From: Carcharhinus longimanus
Taxonomy: Eukaryota
NCBI GenBank assembly: GCA_030264375.1
Contig: JASCQW010000133.1
Location: forward strand, 43,026,065-43,090,064
Length of the DNA stretch: 64,000 bases
Direction: 5' to 3'
In this document: positions 49,831 to 63,415 of the stretch, piece after piece
Layout of the letters: each line of letters starts with the position of its first letter
Numbering within the stretch: position 1 is the stretch's first letter
The notes under the pieces: generated by a model
Seen by the model: the letters and a program-made list of their open reading frames with translations, nothing else
What the model was told of the DNA's origin: nothing
Databases searched by the model: none
Position numbers and translations under genes: made by a program

Positions 49831-50284
49831 GAGTCTGAATATAACCAATGAACAGTGATCCATTTATTAATATCACCCCCCACGTCAGAATAATTGAGTT
49901 GCACATGCCATAGACAGTGGCACCCCAATGTCTTCCAAAATCTGGTGGTTCTCATGGATGTACTCATAGTGCCATATGCATATATCCAGGTGTACACAAG
50001 CTGCAACCAAAGCTTTGGTTCTATTCCTGCTGACCCAGCATAAGCATGCTGGCAAACTGTCAAAGCATTCATTGCCTATGGCACAGCTGTGAATTGTTGC
50101 CAGGCAGGTAGTCATCATTTTCCTGAATCACCTGAAAAATCACTTGGAGTCGGGCCTCCTATGACATGATTCTGCCACCCTGTCACCTCCAATACCAGCC
50201 TTGTTCTCTGGGAAATTCCACCATGTTTTCTCCACTGATTTTCTCCCATTTTTCCTTCTAAAAATAAACCCAAAAGTCCAGTTC

Positions 50285-50771
50285 TAGGCACCATACTTGA
50301 GGAAGGATGCGAAGGTGTTGGAAACAATGCAGAGACATTCACAGTAATGACAACTATATCTATGAAGATAGATTAGAGAATTTGGGTCTGTTTTCTTTGG
50401 GGAAAAGAAGGCACGATGAAGTTATTCAAGATCCTGAGGGGTATGGACATGGTAATTAGTGAGAAACTGTTCCTTCTCATCTGTACATCAAGGGTTAGAG
50501 GCAGAGATGCAAAATAATGGGCAAAAGGAGTAAAAGTGATGTGCGGAAAAAGAAATGTTACCCGGGGATGATTGAACTTTGGAAATAACTTCCTGAAAGG
50601 CTGATGGAGACAGGTTCAATGGAGGTATTCAAAAGGGAGTTGAATTCTATCTGAAAAGAGAGAATATGTAAGGTTACGGGGAGTAGGACTAGTCAAGTGC
50701 TCTTTAAAGAGCCAGTACAGTCTCAATGGGCTGAATGGCCTCCTTCTGCACTATAATATTCTGTGATTCTA
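50285..50771 (+). mobile_element. Old CR1 3' fragment
   Basis: Decayed ORF2 end and tail ATGGGCTGAATGGCCTCCTTCTGCAC..TTCTGTGATTCT. Confidence 0.75.
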
Positions 50772-51474
50772 TATAGTAATGAAAGAACCAGGTATTCAGA
50801 TTGGCTGAAGAAAACCTACTTCGTTATTTTCTGAATAAACTTCACTTGCCTGTTCCTATACACACACATTATACAAGGCAAGGATTACAGGGAGAGAAAC
50901 AGAACCATAAGTAAATCAAAGCCGTTCTTACTCTAACATTTTGTTTTCCTATGGATTTTTAGTTTGGGTGAACTGTTGCTAAATGTGAATTGTAGTTTTT
51001 GATTCACCTGCTTTTATTTTTGAAGCTGTCAGTGTTTTTAAAAGTATTTTTATTCAAAATAAACTTGATACTACTTATGAATGAGGATAAAAATTGACTC
51101 CTTTACTGATGTTGTCCCTTTTTGTACTTAAAAAAATTGAAATTGCTTTCCAGATAATTTTCTATCAGCCTGCTGTAATGAAATCCTCTTTACCACAAAC
51201 AAAGTTAATCATTTCAGGTTGATTGAGCATTAGCCATTGGGTACATTGACATTGCAATGGGAACATCTGTGTGGCTACCAGAAAGGCTGTAGCTCAAGCG
51301 ATTTATGCTACACAACTTCAATGTTAGTGCAAAGTGATGCTTCTTTGCCCTGATGCTTCTGCTGGAGTGTAAATGCAGCCACCCAGTTTACTGAAACAAC
51401 TTTGAATTTTGTCAAGCTATCAGTTCCAGTAGCAATTGCACATTTCAATGCTGTATTAAAAGACTTGTCATTGG

Positions 51475-51645
51475 AAAGCAAAACAGCAAATGCTGAAAAA
51501 TCTCAGCAGGTCCGATAGCATCTGTGGAAAGAGAACAGAGCTAGTGTTTTGAATCCAGATGACGAGTCATCTAGACTTGAAGCACGAGCTCTGTTCTCTC
51601 TCTACAGATGTTTCCAATTCCAGCATCTGCAGTAATTTGCCTTTG
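51475..51645. mobile_element. Short palindromic Penelope-like element (same family as 14021)
   Basis: AGCATCTGTGGAAAGAGAACAGAGCT..CCAGATGAC-GA-GTCATCTAG..AGCTCTGTTCTCTCTCTACAGATG. Confidence 0.7.
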
Positions 51646-52235
51646 TCTTTGAAAACTTGCTATAATTTGGAGATGTAGATGACAGTTTCCTGATATTACT
51701 GAGAACGATGCAGCTTCAAATGGAGAAACATCAAATTCCCTTTCGTACAGAGTCCTTAAAATTACATTTTGAACAGATACTTGGTGTATAATTATGCAGT
51801 TCTTTTGTCCACTGTGTTAAAGAACAGTAATTTTGAGGCATAATACCCCAACAGTTTTAGTTAGTGCAAATGGAGACATTATTCTTGAAACATTTCAATG
51901 TCAAGACGGGATGACTTGAATTTTCTAGATGGTTGGCCCAAGAATTGCTAAATGGTCTTTCTCATTTGTACTTACCTTGTGGTGTCTTCCAACTGTCATT
52001 CATGATGTGTAAACCTGGATACTCTTCAGTGAGTTGGAAAAGCGAACTTGCTCCACACATACCACTTTCCACCAGCTGGCAGTGGACAGTGATAAGCAGG
52101 AAACCCGGCTGATATATTTTCTTCTTCTCCCCAACTTAACAGTATTGAGGCTAATTGCGTTTTCCCATATTGCTGTCATCCTTCTACATTGTATGCACCA
52201 TGGACTTGATGGTTTACTAAACTTTACATCACAAT

Positions 52236-52555
52236 TCATTCATGGTATACAAATGTCACTGATGAGGCTAGCATTTGTTGTCTATCCTTAATTGCCCTTG
52301 AGAAGGTGGTGGTGAGCCACCTTCTTGATCTATTACAGTCCATGCAATGTAGGTACACCCACTGTGCTATTAAGGTGGGAGTTCCAGATTTGAACGCAGT
52401 GATAGTGAAGGATCAATGATATAGTTATAATTCAGGAAGATGTGCGACTCGGAGAGAAACTGGCAGGTGGTGGTGTTCTTATGCATCTGCTGTCTTTACC
52501 TCCTAGGTCGTAGATGTTGTAGATTTGGAAGGTATTATCAAAGGAACCTGGCAAA
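52236..52555 (-). mobile_element. LINE-derived 3' end (same family as 30660 and 33095)
   Basis: TAATTGCCCTTGAGAAGGTGGTGGTGAGCCACCTTCTTG. Confidence 0.75.
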
Positions 52556-55239
52556 CTTTTCTCTCCCTTGAGCTAATGGTTAAGCTACAGTACAGCTTTT
52601 CTTTATTTCAAAGTCATGAGATGAATGAAAATTGACAATTTACATGACCGAATGTAAGTCGTTGCCTGATTGTTCATTAAGCTTTGAGGTATTCAATTAG
52701 AGTGTCAAGAGTGCCCTTCCTGATGGCGGTCCACATACACTATCATTGGGATAAAACGTTGCTGCATTTTGTCAAGGCTCAGCTACGAACACATCAGTAA
52801 ATTAAATGTCATGACAACAAAGTGGTGTATGATGATGTGTTCTTTAACTGGCTTTATTGTCTCAGTTGGAGCTAAATCTGAATTATGACCTTTTCTTCTG
52901 AACACAAAGCCAAGCTTATTGTAGGTGTAAATGCATTAGCTAGAGAAGAATTTTGTTAAAAGGTTTGTTAAATAGAGTTCTATTTATCAGTGATTTGCTT
53001 TACTCAAAAATGACTGGATTTGTAGGATAAGGTAAAAAGGGACACAGATTTGGTGATATATTAAGCACAGATAAGGCAGTGCAATGATTTTCGGGAATCT
53101 AAAATCTCACCAAGTCACTGTTAATACAGGTAGCTTCTGATCAAATTTGTGTGAGATGTGCCTCCAAGAAAAGCTGGACCAGGTAAAGGTTTTTCTTTAC
53201 TCATTCATGGGATGAGGGTGTCACTGGCAAAACCAACATTTCTTGCAAAATGTAGATGTTATTTCAGAAATTTTCAAGCAGCTGGCTAGAATCACAATTC
53301 AGGAGAATGTGTAGGTAATGATATTCTAGTTGAGGCCAAAGTTTACTATCATAAAAGTTTAAATATATTTTCCACATTATCTGTTTTTAAATACAAAGGA
53401 ATAATAAGGGGAAAAAGGTAAAACAATAGATTTCCAAGTTAGATAAATAACAGAGAAGGTAATCCCCTTTAAATGTTTTTTGTTGGCACAGCCTGTTAAT
53501 TTGAAGGAGCACCATCTTTAAATTTTTTTTGTGTTTTTGTGTACATGTGGTATTTTCAAAGGGTCAATTTGTAAAAGCCTGCGCAATACCTTCCAGGTTA
53601 GTACATGGCCCCACATACTTGCAGTCTACTGGAAACATTGAATCAATACCAGGTAGTGCATTCCATATAATGACAACTTGTGTCAAAAAAAAATCCTGAT
53701 CTCACCATCTGATTTCTTTGCCAAGGCTCCTCAGTATATCTTATTTTTAGATGCTTGACCTGAAACATGCTTTCCTCATTCATAATTTATCTTTATGAAG
53801 TCATCCACCTAAATACCATACTTAATGCGTAAACTCAGATAGACTATTCAAGTCGGGGAGAGGAAATATTCCAGCTAAGTTTCACCAAATCCTCATCGGA
53901 TTTTCTCACATACTCATTTTCCACCATGAGCTATTGGGAAAAGAAATGAGGGCCAAAGCCACTTTCCCTTGTCTCCTGTTCTGTCTTGTTGAGTGAAATC
54001 AATTGCAGTGCCCTCCTTGCTACCTTAGATGAGATAAATAAAAGTTGCACATATCTGAAATTTGTGTCACTTAAAATTTTCCAGATGACACAATCATGCT
54101 GGATTTAATAGTCCAACAGGACTGCTATTGCAATTTTCAAAATTCCTCGATAAAGATTTGAGCTAAAATTGGAAAGAGGGTATAACATCGGCTGGCTGTG
54201 CCTGAGCTGGAGAATTGTTCTAAAGCCAGAGGCAAATTAATGAAATTGTTGTGTAGTTTTATTTTCTGCTATAAAATATAGAACTACAGAAAAAAATTAA
54301 ATTAAAGTCCTGCTTCAGCTGCTACAGATTTGGAATGAAATATATTGGAATACATATTCAGGAGAGCTACAGATGCTCTGGTAGGTTAAGCACTGGAGGG
54401 CATCGAGTGGGCAACCTTCTAATGTAACTGGCAGGATAGTGACCATTGGATTTTCAGCCCCAGTGTATTCAGTGACAAGAGTGAGCTGTCTCTTGTTTCC
54501 CAAAAAATAAAAGCTGCTGTAATTTATTTAAGCTTTTGAAAATACGTCTGTATAAATTGAGAATGCTTTTATCTCACTCTAAGGTAATATGTTCATAACA
54601 TGTTACTAATGTGATCTTTGATGCCTTGGCTCACTAAGTGCTCATATATACGATACACTCATGGTTTCCACATTTTAGGCTTCTGATTGTACTTGTAACA
54701 GACTGTCTTTGCCCTTTTTATCTTAGAGGGCATGGCTTGCCCCTGGCTGGACTTTATCCCTTTTATGACCTAGCAGTGCCATATTTCTGTTTGAGCTGGA
54801 GCAGAGTTCCGCAGGCAATTCCCATTGAAATCCATCAGGAAAGAGTGATTCAGTTTTAAATTCAAATTATGCAGCCTTGAAGAAGGTCACGAGCATCCGT
54901 TTTACACAAATTAGGTCACCTAATTGAGAAGTGAAGCCCCTTCATCAATGGCTTATCCTGCCACTCTAAATTATAAAGATAGCCTGAGGGACTTGTAGAT
55001 TAAATTTTACATTCATGGGATTGTCATGAGTGACCATTTGTCGATTCGTAGGATTGTGACGTGAAGCACATTTGTTCCTTCCAGGTTTGCCACATTGGTG
55101 CAGGTAATGATCCATAAAATGGGTTAAAATTCCTTTAATTTCATTTCTGCAGTAACTTCAATCATGTTAGAAGTTCTTCACTTTTTTTTCAAATTATTAC
55201 ATTGTAGTCAATAGACCTGCATGTAGACTCTCTGCCTCA

Positions 55240-55350
55240 ATGGTCCAACTCTTCACTCACCTGACGAAGGAACAGCCAGTTCCAAAAGCTAGTGGCATTT
55301 GCTACAAATAAACCTGTTGGACTTTAACCTTGTGTTAGACTTCTTGCCAA
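55240..55350 (+). mobile_element. Solo Penelope pLTR fragment with hammerhead motif
   Basis: CAC-CTGACGA-A-GGAAC(AGCCA)GTTCC-AAAA-GC-TA-GTG then AATAAACCTGTTGGACTTTAACC, matching the ends of the 15683-16800 element. Confidence 0.8.
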
Positions 55351-55499
55351 CTCTTCAAACTCAGACTACTCCAACAACTTANNNNNNNNNNNNNNNNNNN
55401 NNNNNNNNNNNNNNNNNNNNNNNNNNNNNNNNNNNNNNNNNNNNNNNNNNNNNNNNNNNNNNNNNNNNNNNNNNNNNNNNNCTCCAACAACTTAGTCAG

Positions 55500-56000
55500 A
55501 TTTTCACTCAGCATACAACTATACAGCACAGATGGAGTCCATTTGCCTCATTGTGATTCTGATGGCTCTTTGATAAAGTTATCCAATTCGTCCTGCTCTC
55601 CCGTTCATTCTCCATTGCCCTGCAAATTGGGTATGGACATACAAATTCGGAGCAAGAGAAGGCCATTTGTAGTTTTTTCTTTGGAATGGAGGAAGCTGAG
55701 GGGAGATTTAATTGAGGTGAATAAAATTGAGGGATTTAGATATAGATACTGGATCTTGGACTTAATATACTTGGTAAAAAAATTAGAGGGAAGTTGAATA
55801 ATGTTTTCATCTAGAAGGTGGTTTGAGTCTGAAACTCTGCTTGAAAAGATGGTAGTGACAGAAACCCGCATCACATTTAAAAACCATTTGATATGCACTT
55901 GAGATGCCATCACTTGCAGGACTACAGAACAAGCTGGATAGCTCTTTTTGAACTCCCACAGACACAAGGAGTCAAATAGTCTCCTTCTGAACCATTTTCT
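55500..56000. mobile_element. Cluster of CR1 3' fragments in both orientations
   Basis: Minus tails at about 55500-55665; plus fragment FSLEWRKLRGDLIEV.. to tail at about 55670-56000. Confidence 0.7.
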
Positions 56001-58512
56001 TCCTGTTTTTAGGTTCTGTGGATAAATAATTAACACCAAATATGGTTGATGTTAATTGGTTAAAGTGAACAAGAATAATGATTTAACCTTTATATATGGC
56101 ATAGAGAATATACAGCAAGTACCTATAACCTATGATGACAAAAACTTGGGCAATTGTTGAATAGGTTGTATGGGGGATATAAGGCTAACAAAAAAAATTA
56201 GTGTGAATATAAACTGGGGAAATTACATAAATGATCAGTGCTCTGCCACTTGGGTGCATCATTATGAGGAGAAATATGCATTACTCTGGCTCTTTTTTGT
56301 TTCCAGATAACAAAAGATTTGCACAATATTTTTTCTTGAAGACAGTGGCTCTTTTAAAAGTGTTCTGTATACATTGGACAGAGAATTACAAGTTAAGTCA
56401 GCAGTAAAAGATGTCAGAGTCATTAACATGCTTGAACACTCTTGCTTGTGAAGGGTGTGGAATGCACTGGCAGTTAGCCTTCATGCTGTTTCTGAACACT
56501 AGAAACTGGCACTGAATGCATTTCTGTCTCACATCCAGACAGGACAATCTATATTCTTAAAAGCAATAATGCCAAACAATAGTTTCACGGCTTTAATTTA
56601 ATTTACAAGTTCACATCACGGTTCCAAACAACGCGAGCTTTGCTTCTAACAACATCTAACCCTGTTGTTGAGATTAATGCCTTGCAGTTGCTTTCAGTTA
56701 TTCATTAATTTTGTTCAATCTCATGCTCAATCCACTTTTCTTCTGTGTAGGGCCAATGTCTAAGAAGGAATAGTATTCATTTGCCCAGTATGCTGTTTCT
56801 TTGTCATAATAAAGATCAGGATACATCTAAACAGTAGTAGGCCTGTGCTTGTTCGCAGTGAACATTCAGATCTTCAGTCTGTGGGCTAGCCAAAAGCCGT
56901 ACTTTTTGTATTTCTGATCATCTGTGCTTTTGTCTTTTTAGAATTGAAGTTGGAGTGAAAAGCCCAAGTTCTAGTTCAGTTCACTGAAATTTTGAGTCCT
57001 AGCCAAATTCCAGATCTCCATCTCCTAATGGTTCTGAATGCATTGAGCTCACCAGTTTCATGGTTAGAAATTATTTCACTCTGTTACTTGTTCATGGTCA
57101 ATTCACAGGAAAAATTACTGAACTTCGTATCTGAATAACAGGGCCAGACACTGTAATCCAGGCATTCCCATACTCCTTTTGTTGTTTTGTGGACCTTAAA
57201 GACCACAATTAAATACAAAATACTGACATGCCAGCCCCATTGCTAAATGACAAACTCTTTTCTTTAGTGTAATTGAATTCATAAAAAGACACTCCCTCTC
57301 CACATGTGTAAGCAATAGGAAGAGTTTAGAATTTTTCCCTGTCCCATAAACAGACATTTCTCCCCACCCCACTAGGGTATAACCGGGTGAACAGCCAAGG
57401 CTGAAGACCACACATTACTTGTGAGCCACTTTCAAAAGTAATCATTTGTCTATTTTATCTCCCAAACCTTGTCTCTTTGCATGGCTTACCTTGTGTGGAA
57501 CGATATCTCCCATCGGATTTGCAAATGCATTGTACCTCCCAATTCCTTATCCAGCATCTATTTTAACATATCTTTTAAATTACTTTCTGAAGATTGTGTG
57601 GTACAGAAATATATCCAGTGGTCATTCTGTTGGCACTTTTTACGGTCTTAAACTATTGCATCCCTGTGAAATATTGTTGGTTAACAGAACTAGCAGTGGA
57701 AAGTTAAGCTAATGACATTCTGGGGCATTATGTTCAAACCAATCTTCAGCACTTGTGGAATTTGAAGGTCATCCTATTGTCTGATCAGCTGATGAGAGAT
57801 AAGTGTAAAAATAAATCTTTTCAGTTCATGGGTCCAAGCTGATACAATTATAGCAGCGTCTTTTTAAAAATGCTTCTGTTATCACCTTAGCTCTGATAGA
57901 TGAATCACAAGGTCATATTATAATTCTGCCCCTTGTTGGGTTTTGAAATGTAACCAGTCTGAATAATACCTCTAGCTTTCTGTAGTCATGTGTCCATGAC
58001 ATGAGGTTGCCTCTGAAGGCAGACCTTTTAAGATCAGTTCAATAAACCTTCTCATAGAAACGGGCAATGAGGAAGACTGCTTTCCTTTTACTTAAAACAC
58101 TCTCTATCTAGTTCACACAGAAAGATGCAATACCTACCTGTCCCCCTGCTCCCACCATCCCCAAATATCATATAGCATTCAGTTGTTTTTAGGATTCATG
58201 TTCTTGCCTTTCAAATTTTATCTGGGAATTTCCTGGGCAATTTTAACTTTGCCTTTGGATTTGTATCCTTTGCCCGAATCTGACAATTTATTTTAATGTT
58301 CCTCCATGAATTTAGTTTATCTCTGTCATTCACCATCTTATAGCTTTTTATAATTTCATCTACTTCTGAGCTCATGTTTCTTCCTCGTAAGGGAGACCCT
58401 GTGAGTAAACCTTCAATCACTGATCGTTTTGCTGGAAACCTTGAAATACTGCTCCCTGTGTTGGAATGTCTCCCTTATTTCTCAATAACAGAACTGGGCA
58501 CAATATGCTATT

Positions 58513-58785
58513 TTTATTTATTTATTAGTGTCACAAGTAGGTTTACGTGAACACTGTAATTAAGTTACTGTGAAAGTCCCCCAGTTGCCACACTCTGGCA
58601 CCTGTTTGGGTACACTGAGGAAAAATTTAGCATGGCCAATGCCCCTAACCAGCATGTCTTTCAGTGTGGGAGGAAGCCAGAGCACCCAGAGGAAACCCAT
58701 GCAGACATGAGGAGAATGTGCAGACTCCACAAAGACAGTGACTGAAGCCTGACACTGTGAGGCAGCAGTACTAACCACTATAGCT
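58513..58785 (-). mobile_element. tRNA-derived V-SINE-like element
   Basis: TTTATTTATTTATTAGTGTCACAAGTAGG.. through GAGGCAGCAGTACTAACCAC. Confidence 0.88.
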
Positions 58786-58792
58786 CTTTGTA

Positions 58793-58965
58793 ATAAAACA
58801 CAAATGCTGGAAAAACTCAGCAGGTCAGGTTGCATTCTGGTAAATGATTATCTCAACCTGTTAACTCTACTTCTCTCTCACTGTTGTTTTCTGACACATT
58901 CTTCCAGTATTTCTTTCTTGGTTTTATTTCAGATTTCTAGCATCCTCAGGATTTTGCTTTTGTAT
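58793..58965. mobile_element. Decayed palindromic Penelope-like element (14021 family)
   Basis: AAATGCTGGAAAAACTCAGCAGGTC ... TTCCAGTATTTC..TTTCAGATTTCTAGCATCC. Confidence 0.6.
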
Positions 58966-60510
58966 TAGACCTGTCTTTAGTTTGATCATAATGTCAGAAT
59001 GTGCAATATCCGTTCTGTTTAGAGTTTAAATGTGCAATTACAGTACGGCATAATGTAATATGCTGTTAAGCTTTTAAAACTGCAGTAATTGCCAAGTTGG
59101 TCATGTACTTGTATTTCTGTTACTTTTGTTGTTGCTGCATTTTATCACTGGTTTCAGGTCAGGAAATTAAAGTCTAAAATAATAAGTGTTTTATGTAGCT
59201 ACACTCAAGGCAAGTTCTTGGTTTTAGCCAAGCCTTGTCAAGGGAGGTGCTGCACAAAGGCCTTCCACACAGGACTGAAGGGAAATGTGCCAAGTGATTC
59301 AGCCCAGAGCAGCTCAATGCTTAATTACATTTAAGCACTGGCAGCAGTTTCAAAGTAGCTCACAGGCACCTCTTGGCCTGCAATGTTGCACAGCATTAGT
59401 GCAGGAAGACTGAACACAGCATAAATGTTTCACCATTCCTTTTAATTTTTTTTTTAATATGATCCTTAAACTTTTTTTTAACCACATTAATTCATTCATG
59501 GGATGTGGATGCCATTGGCAAATCCAGCATTTATTACTTGTTCTTAATTGTTCTGGTGAAAAAACATGTATAGAAACCAGTACTTACACATAATCTCTTA
59601 AAATACCAAGTTCCCAATTCCCAAAATGAGGGATTGAACAAAATAGAAACATTTTTCCCTCACCGCCCCATCCTAAAAAGGAAAATCACCCAGGCTGCTC
59701 ATGCATAGTTTATACTGCACAGTTGGCAATTGGCAGAGTACTGGAAGCAGATTGCCCACTAGATCTCTTTGGACATGTGTTCATACAGTTGAATGAAAGG
59801 GGAAGCAATTACCATTTCAGAAGTAGGGCAAGAATTGTTAATGTTCAGCAAATGAAACATGCATAGAAAAGTACATGTGGGTTTTGTCTTTCACTCTCAT
59901 GTTGAGATTTTTAACAAATATTCAGTATTCCAGCATTCTGAATCTTTTCAAAAATGCTTATTCTTCACTTTTTAGATTTTCTCTGATTTTCAGCCCTTCC
60001 TACCTGTCCTCACTGGGATTAACAACAAGGTCATCCTGTACTTTCCCAAGTGGTCACTACGTTTGTGTGAGTCTTGACTGACCAGACAAACCTCATCCTA
60101 GTTTTAGTCAACTGCATGCCAGGCATGCACACACTTCTAGTCACTTTGAGACCAGGAATAAATCACTATCCTGGCCAAATAGACAATTAATGTATTTTAA
60201 TTATATTGGAATTTTAGTGAAGTTAATCTTTGGGGATAATTTTGGATCTAGTTGGATAGCCAGAATTCAATACAGTTCGCACGTGAATGATATAATAAAA
60301 AGCCACATATCAAGAAATTGTTTTCTTTCAACAAAGACCATTATTAAGCATTTTTTTTAAACTCTGCAGGCAATATCCTAACTGATAGAAATTGATTTAG
60401 GACATCTTGCCTTGTCATTTTTTATTTTACGCTGCTGCCTTCACTGACCGTTGATCAATTATATCTAAAGTGTAGCCAGAGACATTAACATCTGTGTTCC
60501 ATGCACATTG

Positions 60511-60722
60511 GTGGCAGTGATGACTCAGCGGGTAGCACTCTCTAATCTGGTTTAGAATTCAAGCTTCTCTCCAAAGACCTGAGCACAAAAATCTGGTTGA
60601 CAGTCCCAGTTCTGTATGTAGAGACTGCTGTACTCTTGGAAGTGCTGTCTTTCAGGTAAGACATCAGACTGAGGCCACATCTGATCTCTCAGGCCAAGGT
60701 TAAAGGTGCCATTGTTAAAGAA
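60511..60722 (+). mobile_element. Deu-domain-type SINE 5' half
   Basis: GACTCAGCGGGTAGCACTCTC head, GACCTGAGCACAAAAATCT, GTGCTGTCTTTCAG; same family as 25385. Confidence 0.6.
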
Positions 60723-60799
60723 CCATTCCATTCTTACTGACCATATTTTCCATCTTGTGCTTAAAACCAACCTGTGCAGCAAAATAAATGTCAGGATTA

Positions 60800-60925
60800 C
60801 TGTCGGAATTCTACCACCCCGCCCACCACAGAAATGGAGCGGGCGTGGGGCAAATAATAGAAATGTCTGTTGAACTCGGGTGGGATTTTCTGATTCATTC
60901 AAGCAAGGTCATAAAATCCCGTCCT
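60800..60925. mobile_element. MITE remnant related to 36198-36325
   Basis: TCGGAATTCTACC ... GGTCATAAAATCCCGTCC imperfect TIRs. Confidence 0.5.
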
Positions 60926-60959
60926 ACATGTTGGCGTTATTTTACAACCCCACCCTCTC

Positions 60960-61208
60960 CTTGTAGTTTGTGCTGGGTTGTGCCTTTAATGGCCTAGGCC
61001 CAAACCCTGGAATTCCCTCTCTAAACCTTTCAAGCTCTCTTTGTCTCCCCTATAAGGCACTTCTTAAAATTTACCTTTTTGACTAAGTTTTTTGGTTATC
61101 TGACCTAATATCCTCGTGTAACTTGATGTCATACTTCATTTTATCCTGTGAAGCACTTTGTGATGTTCTTCCTCATAATAAGGCAAAACAAATTCAGAAA
61201 GCAAGTCA
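60960..61208 (+). mobile_element. L2-like 3' end
   Basis: GGCCTAGGCCC..CTGGAATTCCCTCTCTAAACC..CCTGTGAAGCACTTTG..GCAAGT. Confidence 0.6.
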
Positions 61209-62895
61209 ATCTGTACTGTTTTTGTATTTTCTGACAACTGATTGAAGAATAGAATAGACAACAACTTGGAACCAGGTGATCTGACTGCTCTTTCAAATGG
61301 ACATTATAATGTTGCGGTGGTAAAAAAAATTGCACGCTCTAAAACTGTTGCTTGTAATGATTGTATTGCAGTAGTACCAACATGTAGGAGAAAAGAAGGT
61401 GAATCTTTGATGCTCAGTCAAAAATCATTGTTATTCTATTAGGTGCCTCACACTAACGTCTACATGTCTCTATGCCTACGTACTTGCTACCAGTTTTTAA
61501 ACGGTAGTTAATTTTTATCTCAATGGTAACTCATGTTATCTATAAATTTTATCACATATTGCATCATTGGCCTGAATTGGATGATCTTGCAATACTAATG
61601 ACTTAAACTGTGTCAAAGAGTGCAAAAGAGCAACATATGTTGGCAAACAAACTTGACCAAAGTCTAGATCAGAGCAAACAGAGGAGCAGACAGCAGTAAC
61701 CAAAGCAGTAGGACCTGGTGACCAAGCAACAGCGATCAGAACGTGGGAAGAACTGTTAATTGGTGTTGAAAATAGTTGAGTGGCACGCGGACTCATTCTG
61801 AAGGTAAAAGAGCAGCATTTTGAGCAAGAATAGAAACAAATAAAAGACTGGCTGCTGGAAATCTGAAATAAAACAGAAAATTCTGGAAAGACCCAGCATC
61901 TGTGAATGGTGTTAGTAGAAAGAATTTTCACTGTTTGGGGGACGAGGTGGCATTGGGAAGATGGAGTTGCAGTAGGACAGTGTTCAATGGGGCATTCCCT
62001 GGGATAATCATGAATGTGGATTGGCTGTCCACAGCAAAGCGGTCAGTTTATTTAAATAATTAAGGCCCCATTTGTGGCAATTTAAATTGCCTGTCAGCAT
62101 CTTCATAAAGGCATTCATACCAGCCCCCTTGCCCACTGCGTAAGAAACCCACCAGTTCCAGCAAAGCAACCTCCCTCCAGCAGGATTTGTGGGGGAGTGA
62201 GGGTGGTAATCGGAGCCAGAGGCTTACTGCCTGAAATAGGGGTCCATGGGCAGCCTCTGTGATGCAAGCAGATAGGTTTCTTCTCTGACACTCCCAAAGA
62301 TGCTGACCCATTAACAGGATTGGCAGTTCAAGACTGCATGCCTTTTGTAGGACAGTGAATACAAAGGCAGCCCACGAGCTGGCTCCTGCCCAAAAAATAA
62401 CTCTCCTGTTCTGGCACCTGCTAAGTGTGGATTCAGGATCCTTATTTGTCCCTGGCCATACGGTTTACTGAAGCTTGTGGGAAAAACATACCCAGTGTTA
62501 TATGCAGAGCAACAATGTCCTTGTTACATGAAAAAGATGATCTTATGTAATGATGGAAACCAAGAGAAGACTAATCATTGTTGATGAAGGAAAAGTTCAT
62601 TGTCAAAAATTGCATGAAATGTTCACAAGAAGTAATGAACAACTGAGAAATATTCAGTATCAAAAGGCTGAATGAAGTATCCAAAATGGACACAGACCAG
62701 AAATGAGAGATAAGTAGGCAGTGTCATGGGGCTTCCCAAAAACATGTGAGCTACTGCCAGTTTGCATATTATCCTTTTTTAAAATTTTTCTTCCAATGCG
62801 CAGAGTGGATGGGGCAAGTCCAAATCCATCTCCTTGCTTGTTCCAAAAACCACATTTAAATTGAATTCATGGGTCTCACAAGAGAGACATAATAT

Positions 62896-63366
62896 GGGCG
62901 GCACGGTGATGCAGCACCGCTGCCTCTAGGTGCCAGGGGTCCAGGTTCGATTTCTGGCTTGGGTCACTGTTTGTGCAGAGTCTGCAGGTATTCCCCATGT
63001 CTGGATTTTTTCCTCTGGGTGCTCCAGTTTCCTCCCACAAGCCGAAAGACGTGTTGGCTAGGTGCATTGGCCATGCTAAATTTTCCCTCAGTGTACCCGA
63101 ACAGGCTCTGGAGTGTGGCAACTAGGGGATTTTCACAGTAACTTCATTGCAGTGTTAATGTAAGCCGACTTNNNNNNNNNNNNNNNNNNNNNNNNNNNNN
63201 NNNNNNNNNNNNNNNNNNNNNNNNNNNNNNNNNNNNNNNNNNNNNNNNNNNNNNNNNNNNNNNNNNNNNNNATGCTCTGGAGTGTGGCAACTAGGGGATT
63301 TTCACAGTAACTTCATTGCAGTGTTAATGTAAGCCGACTTGTAACAAATGAATAAACTTTAAACTT
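62896..63366 (+). mobile_element. Full-length V-SINE-like element split by an artefactual gap
   Basis: GGGCGGCACGGTG head, GGTTCGATTTC B box, core and tail; about 63105-63171 is repeated after the N run. Confidence 0.9.
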
Positions 63367-63415
63367 TTTTACTTTATGCATGATAAGCATTGCACCCCAT
63401 CTTGAGCTTGATCTG

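Noticed and set aside
61536-61931. Minus ORF with WD40-like VAWSP word and a good acceptor at 61797
   Set aside because: Single short motif, weak donor, 5' part overlaps a repeat, and the opposite strand looks equally like decayed coding sequence.
63105-63340. Duplicated SINE 3' half around a gap
   Set aside because: Same overlap artefact; also seen at 55369-55494 (CTCCAACAACTTA).
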